NCBI RefSeq assembly: GCF_009914755.1
Contig: NC_060926.1
Direction: 5' to 3' (one strand)
From: the human T2T-CHM13v2.0 reference genome, Homo sapiens
DNA: 64,000 nt
In this document: positions 1-16,694 of the stretch, in pieces
How the letters are laid out: each line of letters starts with the position of its first letter
How positions within the stretch are numbered: position 1 is the stretch's first letter
Position numbers and translations under genes: made by a program
Notes under the pieces: model-generated
The model's database searches: none
Told to the model about the DNA's origin: nothing
Seen by the model: the letters and a program-made list of their open reading frames with translations, nothing else

Positions 1-40
<40 letters not shown>
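1..40. repeat. (CA)n microsatellite, truncated by the window edge
   Basis: 20 perfect CA units just upstream of an NT5DC4 acceptor. Confidence 0.98.
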
Positions 41-42
<2 letters not shown>

Positions 43-62
43 CACTTTGCTCCCTCCTGCAG

Positions 63-113
63 GGCTGTCTCAAGAAGACCCTGGAGGACTTGGAGAAATA
101 TGTGAAGAAGGAT
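63..113 (+). CDS. NT5DC4: NT5DC4 internal coding exon (GCLKKTLEDLEKYVKKD)
   Basis: ctgcag acceptor, gtgagt donor; resembles NT5C2 GSLKEKTVENLEKYVVKD. Confidence 0.9.
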
Positions 114-300
114 GTGAGTGGCCACAGACCCAGGGCCATGGCCATCACCCCCAAAGCAGCAGGGCTGCCCCCGCAACCCTTCTCTGGCTTTCTTCGAGGT
201 TTAGGCTGAGCTCTGCTCCCCGGATGGCTGGGGATCTTTCTATGGGGCCTGGTGCCTACCTGCCTGGGCTGGGGTGGGCTCCCAGAAGGCTGAAACCTGA

Positions 301-618
<318 letters not shown>

Positions 619-738
619 TGAGCAACTTTCTCACCATCTTGCTCCTGTGGCCACCAGTGTGCTGGGGGGATGGTGGGTGAGGGCAGAGGCAGGTGGTGGC
701 CCAAGCTTGGTGCCCTGACGCTGCCTTGTCCTTGCCAG

Positions 739-771
739 GCCATCATGACCTACCTGTTCAGCATCAGTGAG
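739..771 (+). CDS. NT5DC4: NT5DC4 exon (AIMTYLFSISE)
   Basis: ccag/gtgagt boundaries; NT5C2-like IMTYLF. Confidence 0.9.
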
Positions 772-1362
772 GTGAGTGTTGGAGTGTTGCGTGCACGGCT
801 GGGGTGGGCTGTGCAAAGGGCCAGGGTGCCAGGCTGCACCACGATGCTGAGGGCCTCTCCCACGTCCAGCCTCCCTTTGAGGAAGACCTGAGTGTGTGAG
901 TGGTCATTTCTCATGAGTGGAAGCTCCCCAGTGGGTAGGAGCCTGGTGACCTCAGCCAGGCCCTGGGAGGAGCCTTTGGGGGTGATAGGAGGCAGTCAGG
1001 TATGTGGGGACGGGCGGCAGAAAGTGGGTGAGACGAGGGCATGGCAGGTCAAAGGGAGGGGTGCTGGGAGTGACAGGTCCTGGGCACTGGGAGTGACCAG
1101 GTGTCACTGGGCAGGCAGCAGGGCCCTAACTAGGTAGCCGTGCTGGTGCCACCTGTCCCTGGGTCTCTGTGCTGTGAGGAGCTCTGGAGCCTGGCCTGAG
1201 GCTGCACATGATGTTCAACACCCACCTCCACAAGGTCCTTTTGAGCACTTCCTAGTGCCCAGCTTGGCTGGGGAAGCTGGGCAGCGAGACCGGGTTCCCA
1301 GGGGCTGAAGAGGTCTCATCCAGCTGGGAGGTTGGTGGGGAGAGGCAGGCTGTGGTGGGTGA

Positions 1363-1764
<402 letters not shown>

Positions 1765-1767
1765 TAG

Positions 1768-1938
<171 letters not shown>

Positions 1939-1941
1939 TAG

Positions 1942-2520
<579 letters not shown>

Positions 2521-2882
2521 TGAGTGGAAGGTACACACCTTCCACCCAGGTATGACTTGAAGTCATCCTCCAGGGCAGGGAGTTGTGTGAGCCCACACAA
2601 TTTGGGCTTTGTCCTGAGAGCTGAGGCTTTAGGTTTGAGTCATTGCCGTGTGACCTCAGGAAGGTCACCTGACTCCCTCACCTGTCCCATGGGGCCTACG
2701 GGGCCTATGCTGTCCCTGCCTCAGTCTGGGCAGAGTCTCACGTGATGTAAGGGGCCAGGGGTGTTATGCACACAGCTCAGGGTGTGCAAGTCCTCCGCTG
2801 GGCCAGGGCAGACACAGGCAGGCAGGGCCAGTGGGTGACACAGGCCGTCACTCACCCCCACTGACCCCTGGTGGCTTTTCAG

Positions 2883-2934
2883 AGCGGTTGGAGGAGCTGA
2901 AGAGACTGGACACGCACCTGGCAGACATATACCA
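2883..2934 (+). CDS. NT5DC4: NT5DC4 exon (ERLEELKRLDTHLADIYQ)
   Basis: ttttcag/gtgaga boundaries, 52 nt, phases consistent with neighbours. Confidence 0.88.
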
Positions 2935-3257
2935 GTGAGACCCTGGCCTTTCTGGGGGTGGGATGGGGCAGGGAGAGGTATGGAGGGGCAGTGGCTCACA
3001 TCCCTGCCTGGCGGCGAGGTCCCGGCCAAGGTTGTCAGAACATCAAGATCTGTTTCAGGCTGGGCTTCCCTAGCAAACTGAATGTGGGGACCCCTCTCAC
3101 CCCCTTGGGACTGCTCACACTCTGTGACCTCTAGGCCCTTCCTCTGAACCTATCCAGCACTCAGGGACCTGCCCTCGCACGCATGCACACACCCAGCCCG
3201 GCACCCCCACTGGATGCCCGCACGGTGTCCCCCCACCCGACCCCTGCTGGGGTCTAA

Positions 3258-3590
<333 letters not shown>

Positions 3591-4443
3591 TGAGTTGAGC
3601 CTGATTTGCAGGCTTTGCCTCCAGTCCCACAGTCTTTGCCAATCACCCTGCCCGGGAAGTGCCTGCGTGCTAGCTGGGCCCTTATTGACTGACTAGCCAG
3701 TTCTGATAGGAAATGTGATTTAGGGCCAGTGAGCCCAGGGTCCTTGGAAAAGAGAAGAAAAGACAATGTTCCCTTGTGGCATTACTGACCGGCCACCAAA
3801 AAGCTGGAGGTGCCCATGGGTCGGCCAGGTGGAGGGAGTCAGGTCACTTGGTCATCCCAAGCCCAGCTGGGGCCGATCACAAAGGGTCTTTGCAGAGCCT
3901 TTTACAAAGCACAGCCGTTTGATCTTCCCCACAGCCTTAAGAGGTGGATGGAGCAGGGATTGTCACCTTTATTTTACAGATGAGGAAACTGAGGCTCAGA
4001 GAGAGGTCATCCTGGGAGTAAATGTTGGAACCATTCTCTAGGCTCTAAAAGCAGACAGGAAACAGGGCCTGGTGGCGGGGTGGGGCCTGCCAGGATAGTA
4101 GGAGCGAGGCTGGGGGTGTCGCCTTGCCAAGTCCTCTGTTGGACTCAGATGGTAAATGAAGCTGTGGGTTTAGTCCTGGGTGGTCCATCTTCAGGGCCAG
4201 GCAGGTAACTGTGATGGAAAGCTGCAGCGGGGCCTGTGGCAAAGTGAGGAGCTGCCCCACCTCCAAAAGCCAAGTGTGCAGCCTGTGGGTCTACAACATG
4301 CTGCTCCTTCCTACAGAGAGTCACAGGTTTCAATGTCCCCCGGTGAGAGGCCCAGAGAGGCCAGGGTTGCCCAGAAAGGGAGTAGGCCAGGTCAGGCCTA
4401 AGCGGGCTGGGATTTCAATTCAGTGTGTTGCCCCTCTGGCCAG

Positions 4444-4622
4444 AGGGTCACCCAAGGAGCTGGACCTGTGCTACAGCACCATGGGCAGCTTGTTCCGCTG
4501 CGGTTTCCGCCAGACACTCTTCTCCAGCCAGCTGATGCGCTATGCCGACCTCTACACTGCCGCCTGCCTCGACTTCCTGTACTTCCGAGTGAGCTCAGCT
4601 CTCTCGGGCGGCCCCGGAGTTG
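4444..4622 (+). pseudogene. NT5DC4: Decayed NT5DC4 exon with two +1 frameshifts (RVTQ / [47 protein letters not shown] / LSRAAPEL)
   Basis: Clear homology to NT5C2 [37 protein letters not shown]...FRAAHVL split across three frames; cag acceptor and gtgggt donor; 179 nt, not a multiple of 3. Confidence 0.85.
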
Positions 4623-5694
4623 GTGGGTCCCTGCGGAATCTCCACGGCTGTTTGTGAACATTTATCCTAGAAGGACCCACTGGTCCCCAGCCTTGCTAGG
4701 AGCTTGCAAGGTCACCAGCCCTAATCTCCCACCTTCAGACTCAGTGGGATCACAGTCTTGCAGATAACTGTCTGTGTCTTAACAGACGCATGGGAAGAGT
4801 TAGGTTTATACAGATAAGATGCCTCGGCAGGGATGTTCTTCCTCATGCCCAACCTTAACTCCTGCTTTAGATTGAGACCACACTATCTCGTCATTTCCTT
4901 GGTAGAAAGGATATCAGTTGCAAGGAGGAAGGCACAGTCCTCCTACCCTCAGTAAACATACAGTGGCTTCCGAAGGGGTGGAGGAGGCAGCAGATGATAC
5001 AGTAAACACTCTGGCTGGTTTTCCTCTGGGAGACCGGAGGATGCTTCTGGGTTAAAAACAGGGTGGTAGAGGTGGCTACGATGGCACTGGGCAAGGGTTA
5101 GTAGGAGTCATGGGACTGGCCAGCTCAGGGCTTCCCTGGAACCTGCATGTGTCAGTCCTCCCAAGTTGGCATCATCATTTCCATTTGATAAGACGTAGAG
5201 CTTGCAGTTTAGGATCTGAACTTGAAGCTAGACCTCTGAGGCTCCCTGTCGCCTGCCTTCCCTGCTGCCCTTGGCTGCCTTCCAGACGTTTGAGAGGGGA
5301 AAACCATTTATTGAGTGTCTGCTGTGTTTCCTGCACTGGGCTGGGTGCTTTTCATCGATTATGCTTAATGCTCAATATAACTCAGCAAAGTAGGTTTTAT
5401 CTTCCTCATTTTATCATTGATGAGGAAGCACAGAGAATCTAAGTGACTTGCCATCACACAGCTAGTGGACCACACAGCTGGGATGTGAGCCTGTCAAGCT
5501 CCAGGGGTCACACTGTGTCTCCTGCACTGTGCTGCCACACACATGGGGGAACTGGCTTTCACCGGGCGGCCTCATCTCATCTCTGGACTCTTAGATGGGC
5601 TGGCCCAGACCGCTCCTGTGGGCAAAGCTGGGGGTCCAGGCATAGCCCTCTGTGCTGGTAGATATTATTGTTAAAGTAGAGACCAGACAGGTGA

Positions 5695-6206
<512 letters not shown>

Positions 6207-6209
6207 TGA

Positions 6210-6578
<369 letters not shown>

Positions 6579-6648
6579 TGATACTTTAAATTATAGAGAT
6601 GATAATTGTATCGATGAATTTCAATTCAGGATGGAAAAGTAGAAGCTA

Positions 6649-6980
<332 letters not shown>

Positions 6981-8565
6981 GCGACAGTTGGATCCAAAAG
7001 GGCGACAGGTTCTGCTCAGCAGTGCTTTGTGCACTGTTGGGCCCTGCACCCCTACGGACTGCTGTTGGCCAATCCATACACATTATTCCCTCCAGGGGAA
7101 GTTGCAGGATGTGCCCTCTTCCACATTGAGGCTTCCTCCCCAGACAGGCTTTGTTAACATTAATGACTAGTGGCTCTAGCTTCAGATCCCTTTGACACTT
7201 TGTGAGGCTTGACCCGCGTCTGAGCTGAGACAGGAGTGGATGCCTGGATTCCTCGTTGGATTCTGCACCCCCAAAACCCTGCATAAATGTTTCTCTTTCT
7301 CCCTTGGCTTTCTGGGGGCTCACTTTAAAAGATGTGTATCCCATAGGTCCCCTTTAGCTGGGTTGTACCAGGCACAGTGTTTGTTCTTTCAACCAGTATT
7401 TACTGAGCACCTCCTGTGTGCCGGGCAGTTTAGAAAATAAAGTGTAAGTTACTTCATTCCTGCCTAGGAGAAGCTCAAAATTCAAGTGCATTCACAGGCT
7501 TTAATCAGTGGTTGGCAACTGTTTTTCTATCCTAGCCCAGCAGAGAGATGGACACACTCCTGTCAGTAACAGAGGCTTGCTGGGGAAGCCTGTGGTTTGA
7601 TCCCTCTATATCCTCACCCCATCAGGATCCAGCCTAGGGCATTTTGACACATTATCTACCCCTGGTTGGGCGTCACTGTGTGAGCTTGGGAAGAAAATAT
7701 CCATAGTCACTTTCTGTGTTTCTTATAAGGGTTAGGGCAAAGAGAGAAACGAGGATCAGGAAAGTTACATCGAGGCTGACGGAATCCTGGACATGGGCTG
7801 GCATCACGGGCCATCTTCTACTTGAGATATTTTTCAGATAACACAAGTATGGAAAAAGGAAAAAGCAACTGTATTGAAATCTCCTAAATGCAGCAGATTT
7901 GGAGCCTGCAAACACTTCTTTTAGGGAGGAGGCAGTATTGCTCTTAACCTAGAAGGCATCCTCAATGGTCTTTGAGACGTTTGGAAACGTGTGCACAAGT
8001 GAAATTATTTTACCTACTTCTCTTGAACGCATGATGTCTCATATCCAATTTTATTTCTAAACATTTCTTTTAAAAAATAGTTATTTCTGTGCACTTCTGA
8101 TTCTGTTACTAGTAAGAACAGTAAAACCTGATTGGCTATATATTGCCTCACTAACTGCTCTTTCATTCTGGGTCACTACGAAAGATGTTAAATGAGATAG
8201 CCCAAATGTCTTTGAGTTTGTGTATACACATTAAAACACATAAAAAGTCATACTCATGATTTTAAAACTTGACTCTCGAATGTGTTAGAAGCTTCTCTGT
8301 GGTATTAAAGTGCTGAAGCATCATTGTTCTGATGTCACTGATTTCAGTTTACTCCTACAGTTTACTTTTTGTCTGTTAGTGGTATCATCTGGCATTCTGT
8401 GGAGACCTAGGTTGAATCTGCATGTTTGAAATGACAAAGTAAACCCTTGAAGGAACAGGTCTGAGGACACACTTCATTAGCTTCATTTTCTGTGGATAAA
8501 CAATGGCAACACTTAGATACCTGAGGATAAATAAGGGACAACGGGCCATGGAATCAGAGAGTTTA

Positions 8566-8858
8566 CTTTTTTTTTTTTTTTTTTTTTTTGAGACAGAGTC
8601 TCATTCTGTCACCCAGGCTGCAGTGCAGTGGCACGATCTCGGCTCCACCTCCTGGGTTCAAGCAATTCTTCTGCCTCAACCTCCGAGTAGTTGGGATTAC
8701 AGGCATACTCCACCACACCTGGCTAATTTTTGTATTTTTAGTAGAGACAGGGTTTCACCATGTTGGCCAGGCTGGTCTCAAATTCCTGACCTCAAGTGAT
8801 CCGCCTGCCTCGGCCTCTTAACGTGTAGGGATTACAGGCGAGAGCCACCGAGCCTGGC
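8566..8858 (-). mobile_element. Alu
   Basis: Poly(T) followed by antisense Alu, with a small internal deletion. Confidence 0.95.
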
Positions 8859-8965
8859 ATTTTTTTTTTTAAAACATCTTCTTTGCATTTCAGAAGCTTC
8901 CAGGTTTGACACTGCCAAGGCCTTTTCTTCCTTTCCCTGGTTTGACTTTCAGGTCCCAGAGCCTG

Positions 8966-9165
8966 CAGGGGCAGGTTCTCCAGTAAATCCCAGGTCTCAC
9001 TGGCCTGTGTCTTTACAGGGGCAGGTTCTCCAGTAAATCCCAGGTCTCACTGGCCTGTGTCTTTACAGGGGCAGGTTCTCCAGTAAATCCCAGGTCTCAC
9101 TGGCCTGTGTCTTTACAGGGGCAGGTTCTCCAGTAAATCCCAGGTCTCACTGGCCTGTGTCTTTA
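8966..9165. repeat. Minisatellite, 4 perfect copies of a 50-bp unit
   Basis: caggggcaggttctccagtaaatcccaggtctcactggcctgtgtcttta starting at 8966, 9016, 9066 and 9116. Confidence 0.97.
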
Positions 9166-9846
9166 AACGCTTGATTCTTAGTCAAGAGCTAAAGGATAGT
9201 ATTTATCAGAAAAACTGCTCAGACCCTAGAGCCCATACTTTTCCGGAAAGGTCCTGAAATATAGTGTGGTAGCTAACACTACAAAAGTCAAATCTCAGAA
9301 TTCCTACCCAGGGTAGAGAGGATACAGAAAAGGACTGAGGGATAAACAATCTGGCAGAAATGCTTTAGGGGATCCTAGCGAGGGAAAGGAGAGAGGTGGC
9401 CAAAGGGCCTTTCTTGTGCTTTTCCTATGTCTGGCCCATTCCCTGCCTCTTCTCCCTGTTACCTCCGCTCTCCCCTCAGCGAAGATCCCTGACTAGACCA
9501 GTTTCTCTTTAGTCCCTCGCTCATAGGCCTCTATTTCTCAGGACTTGGAGTCTTGCATTTGTGGTTCCTAGATTAACACGTGTCCTCACTAGACTCTCAG
9601 CTCCAAAAGGTAATGTCCTTTTGGCTCACCGTTGTGTCTCTGGCATCTACGTACCTGTGTATTTTATTGAAAGACACATGTCACCCAGTTTATTATTACT
9701 CTTGTAGAACTGCAGGGAAAGGGCAGGACAAAGAATATGAGAAAAAAGAAAGTGGAGAAAGGATATAGGGCTTTGGATTAGAATGCTACCTCCTACCCAG
9801 ACACATTCATGAGAAAACTCATATCCTTAGACAAACTCCTAATTCT

Positions 9847-9886
9847 GTATCTGTCCTACCTCATGGGTAGGAGGTAGGACAGATAC
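9847..9886. repeat. Perfect 16-bp inverted repeat with 8-nt loop
   Basis: gtatctgtcctacctc-atgggtag-gaggtaggacagatac. Confidence 0.95.
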
Positions 9887-10808
9887 TTCTATTTGGGTAG
9901 TTTTTTTTTTTTTAAACTTAATGTCACCTCTACACTCCTGTTTTATCTATACCTTAGGGACAGAAGCACACCATTGCTTCCAAGACTGTGTGCAGACACT
10001 GACATTCATCTCCCATTTCTGGAAGAATTTTTAGCTGGGCATGTGGCCATCTGATACACATTTCCCTGCTTCTTTAGATGGGGTGGGAGGGGGGGACATG
10101 GGACCAAGTTCTGGCCCCTAAATTCTGGACAGAAGTAATGGTCCAACTTCCAATCCGTGACCTCAGGAGGGGCATGCCTTCCCGTTCCTCTCTTCCCCCT
10201 TCCAGCTGGCTGGAGAGTGAAGTTGGGTGGGAGCCTTCTTTGGCCACATGGACGACGCTGCCTCCAAGGGATGGTGGAGTCACAAGACAGACATAGGCTG
10301 GGCTTGGCAGTAGATTAGCATTGGGCTGTCACTTGGATGGCTGATGTGAGAGAGATGCATTTCCATTTGGGACTACTGACAGCAGCTGAACTGACATCCT
10401 CATTCTGGCATCGTCTTGAGCAGTCAGGAAATGAAGAGAACAGAAGCAACATCTCTGTGGTAGTGAACTAGTGGTAAAAATGTGATCATTTATTTGTAGA
10501 ATAAATGACAGTACTTTGGCTGTCACAGTGATTCCTGCTTGGTAAACTGGGAACAGTTCAATAATTTATCTTGCTCAGATGTGTTTCCTTATCATCACCT
10601 TAGTCCTCATTTCCTTACTTTAAATAGAGATAGGGGTTAAAAGTTCTGAACCTGGAGCCAGACAGCCCTGACTTTGAAATTGCAGGACTGACATTTATTA
10701 ACTACTCTATTTCCATAACCATGTCATAAAGCTATTATAAGGATATAGTGAGATAACGGACATGGAGCTTGGCCAGAGTAAGCACTAAATAAGTGTTTTC
10801 TATGCTAT

Positions 10809-10865
<57 letters not shown>
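10809..10865. repeat. Compound (TA)n(TG)n microsatellite
   Basis: Directly visible. Confidence 0.97.
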
Positions 10866-10867
<2 letters not shown>

Positions 10868-11340
10868 ATTAGTCAGGATTTTTTCTTTAGCAACTGAAGG
10901 AAACCTAATGAAACTGGTTTGAGAAAAAACAGAATTTATTGGTTCATATAACTAAAAAGTCCAGGGTTAGCCCAGCTCCAGGCATAGCATTAACCAGGGA
11001 GTCAAATCAATGTCATTGGACATAGCTTGCTCTCTCCAACTCTCAAGTTTATTCCATGTTGGTACTATTCTCTGGCAGGTTTTGTCCATGAGGTTATAAG
11101 ATGGCTGTTCCCAAACTCCAGATTTCTATCTTTATCTTTTCAGCAACTCTACCAGGAAGCATCTTTCTAATGAAAGTCTGGGAAATGATGCCTCACTGGT
11201 TGTGACACTATCCCATCCTCCAATCAATGCCACTGGCCAGGGAGATGCCAAGTTTGGCTTTGCCAGGACTGGGTCACATGCGCATACTGGGGTTGAGTCC
11301 ATTCTTCTTAACCATGTAGATTGTCAGCAGGAAATGGGTG
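10866..11340. mobile_element. Old ERVL-MaLR (MLT1-like) LTR fragment
   Basis: attagtcagga start, gaatttattggttcat and gactgggtcacatg motifs typical of MLT1; boundaries approximate. Confidence 0.5.
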
Positions 11341-11347
11341 GTAGTAG

Positions 11348-12003
<656 letters not shown>

Positions 12004-13009
12004 TCAGGAACAGTATTTTATAGTATGTAAAAGACTCAGCCGAGTGCCTGGCATAGTGAGCACTAACAAATGTGAACCATCATGCCTCTCCTCTGTCTTC
12101 TGGTTCATGGTCATTCTGCACAGAGATGCTATATATAATCCTCCCCCCCCTTTTTTTCTTTAAAACTTGCTTTACACTCACCTCCTCTAAAAAGCCATCC
12201 CCGAACAACATTAGACTTATTTTTGCAAAGGCCCATATTTCCACTACAATTCCCTATGAATCTCCTTCCCAAATCATTAAGGGCCCACCTTCTTTCCTTC
12301 CCACTCTCCCTCCTTCCTGCTCCCTATGTCTAGGAGCAGCTATTTACTAAACAAGAGGGTTACTGAGTATCTACAAAGAGTCCCAGAATTAGGGTGCAGT
12401 TTTCTGCAGCTGCAGTACCATCCACAATCATTTCCACAACCTTTTGTGTCTGCAAGACTCTATAGTCTGACGAGGCTGATCGAAACCTCCAATGTGCCAT
12501 TTTGAAACTTATAATTATTAGACACCAATAGTTCAACCTACACTGTTATTGTTGGTACCCAGGGTAATACTGTGAGACATCCTGCAAGGAACTAGCAATA
12601 AAGAAAATAAAACTGCTCTTTTGGGAACTAAGCTGTAATGTCAAGACAATGGTTTTGAGGAAAGACATAAAACCACCATAAAGAGACAACTGACTCCTAG
12701 GCCTGGGGTCAGGGGAGGGATTTAGGTAGCAAAGATGGACCACTCTAGAAGCCAGAAAAAAAGTAAGTGCACAAGCAATGGATGGCACTGCAGGATCGAT
12801 CATGAGAACCTGGTCGACGGGCTTAGGACAGTGTCTGAGGTTCAAGGCAAGAATATTCCTAACACAGGACTCACTTCAGACTCTCTAAGCCTGGTGATTT
12901 TGAATATTTGATGCCTCTACGTCCTATGTTCAGATTTTGTGATCTCTAAGCAGCCCTCTGAGCATTACTTGGCTTCACAGGTAAAGTTAACTCTAATTCT
13001 TGCATTTTG

Positions 13010-14260
<1,251 letters not shown>

Positions 14261-15478
14261 ATTGAAAGTCTGCTGGTATTACAGGTTTATAGCTCAGTTT
14301 TTTGAGCTTTATTATAAATCTGACTTTCAGAAATAGATCTGCTTCCCTTAAAAAAATCTAGTTCCTGGATGAGGCTGATAGACCTTTGATCAAAGTCCAT
14401 TCTCCTTGGTAATGAATGCTCCTTGTTTCTTAGGACAGCCAACTGGTATATCCTTAGACAAACTCCTAATTCTCTATGCAAAGCCATTATCATGGTTTTC
14501 TATAATAAATAAGATAAACAAGCAGGAACTAATAGAAATTTAATGTTGTTTTAAGATAATACTTAAATATTAAGAAAGCTAAAATTTAAAATGTGTTGAC
14601 TAGGTTTTTCTACACAATTATATTTACATAATGACTAAGGTAAAACCTTTCCACAAATAGTTGCCCAGGAGGAAGAAAAAGCAACCTACAACAGTCTCTG
14701 GGGCTTGCACTGCCTTCTCAGGCCAGCTATACCCTAGCTGAGCAAAGAACTGAAGAAGCAAGTGTCCACTCCCCACCCCTCTCCCCTGCCCCCCTTTTGT
14801 TACTTGAAGTGTTTCTGAGTAACAAATGCAAAACTAGGTTTGAATATAAAAGCTAGACGACCACGCCAATTCAGGATTGTGTTTCATCTGAGGAGACCTG
14901 GCATAGAAAAAACAAGAATTCTCTCTCATTTACAAGGATACTGTGATGAAAGTCAAAGATCACACATAAATTTATGATCTCTGAGCAAAGGCACAGCTAG
15001 CATAAACTCATCTGTAAAATGAGGGGTTTTGACTTGGCCATCTGTCAAGGTCCATTCAGCCTGTCAAGCTAGCGTCAAAGTTCAGATCTTCCACGATGAA
15101 AGAACTTGCCCTCTGCTAAGGTGGATGCAGAAAGAAAAGTCCCATTATATTGTGGGACCAACCTTCTGATATAAAAAACTATGTTGGGATTAAAGTAGAT
15201 CAATAAAGTATAAATATTTATCATAGTTGTAGGGTAAATATTCAAAAGTTTGAAATTTATGTATACTGTAAAACTGGCAAACTGGTCTTAAACACATAAA
15301 GCAAAGATTTTCCCATGGGGAGAGAAAATTTGAGAGTAAGCCCAGTGAATTACTTAAGTCCTGAGCGTCCATAATCTGCATCCATGATGCCTCTCTTTTT
15401 TTCCAGGTCACTTGGACAAGAATATTTCTTGTCTTATGTTGGTTCTGAAACACCTTTTTTAAAAAAAGCATCAAGAAA

Positions 15479-15704
15479 TTATGATTCAGGGGTTTGAAAC
15501 CCCAATGTTACAGGCAGCGCCTCATTTCTACGGAATATAAAACATTTTGTTTCTTCCACTTCTAACAGTTCATCAAGAGAAGCCACTACTAAATCGTGTT
15601 CCTGCAGCATTTCTGGGTAGCGGGACACTGCTCGCTCAATCCTCGACGAACGCCGTACAGGAGTGATAAATTTCATGTCTTGCACTTCCGGCATCCCATT
15701 TATT
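15479..15704 (-). CDS. CKAP2L: CKAP2L exon 9 coding part (INGMPEVQDMKFITPVRRS...GFQTPES*)
   Basis: CKAP2_C-type TPVRRS motif; acceptor at 15705; TAA stop. Confidence 0.96.
15569..15592 (+). CDS. NT5DC4: Candidate alternative NT5DC4 terminal coding exon (FIKRSHY*), antisense to CKAP2L exon 9
   Basis: Strong acceptor ttttgtttcttccacttctaacag, phase 0; GATAAA at 15665 and AATAAA at 15784 downstream. Confidence 0.5.
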   Translation, partial: FIKRSHY

Positions 15705-15865
15705 CTGAGAGACAGCAAGAGATGCATTAAAAACCTTATCATTTAAAAAAATTATCTTTATTATTTTTTGTTTCTTATTCAATAATAAAACAGGGAAGAC
15801 ATTTTAACATAGGGTGATACAAGAGATATGTCTAGAGCAGCTTTCATCTTCAGATGGCTTTTTCT

Positions 15866-16085
15866 AGGAGTTCGAGACCAGCCTGGGCAACATAGCAACA
15901 CACTATCTTTACCAAAAAATATAAAAATTAGCTGGGCATGGTGGCACACACCTGTAATCCCAGCTACTCAGGAGGGTGAAGTGGGAGGACTGCTTGAGCC
16001 CAGAAGGTCAAGGCTGCAGTGAGCTATGATTATGCCATTGTACTCCAGTCTGGGCAACATGGCAAGACCCCAGTCTCAAAAAAAA
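15866..16085 (+). mobile_element. 5'-truncated Alu (AluJ-like)
   Basis: Starts at aggagttcgagacc; A-tail; flanking ggctttt repeats. Confidence 0.9.
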
Positions 16086-16247
16086 GGCTTTTCCCTGATT
16101 TCCAGAATGTACTGGGTGGTGTCCATCTGTTCTTGGATGGTGTAAGCATAAGGATTTATTGAATGAAGTATGAAGTGTGGTTTTTATTTGAAGTCAAATA
16201 TTTGGCAGTTGGTGTTCATTTATTCTATAAACTTTCAAAACAGATGA

Positions 16248-16694
<447 letters not shown>

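Noticed and set aside
8966-9165. Repeat array superficially like CRISPR
   Set aside because: Units are contiguous and identical with no unique spacers; human intronic context with no cas genes.
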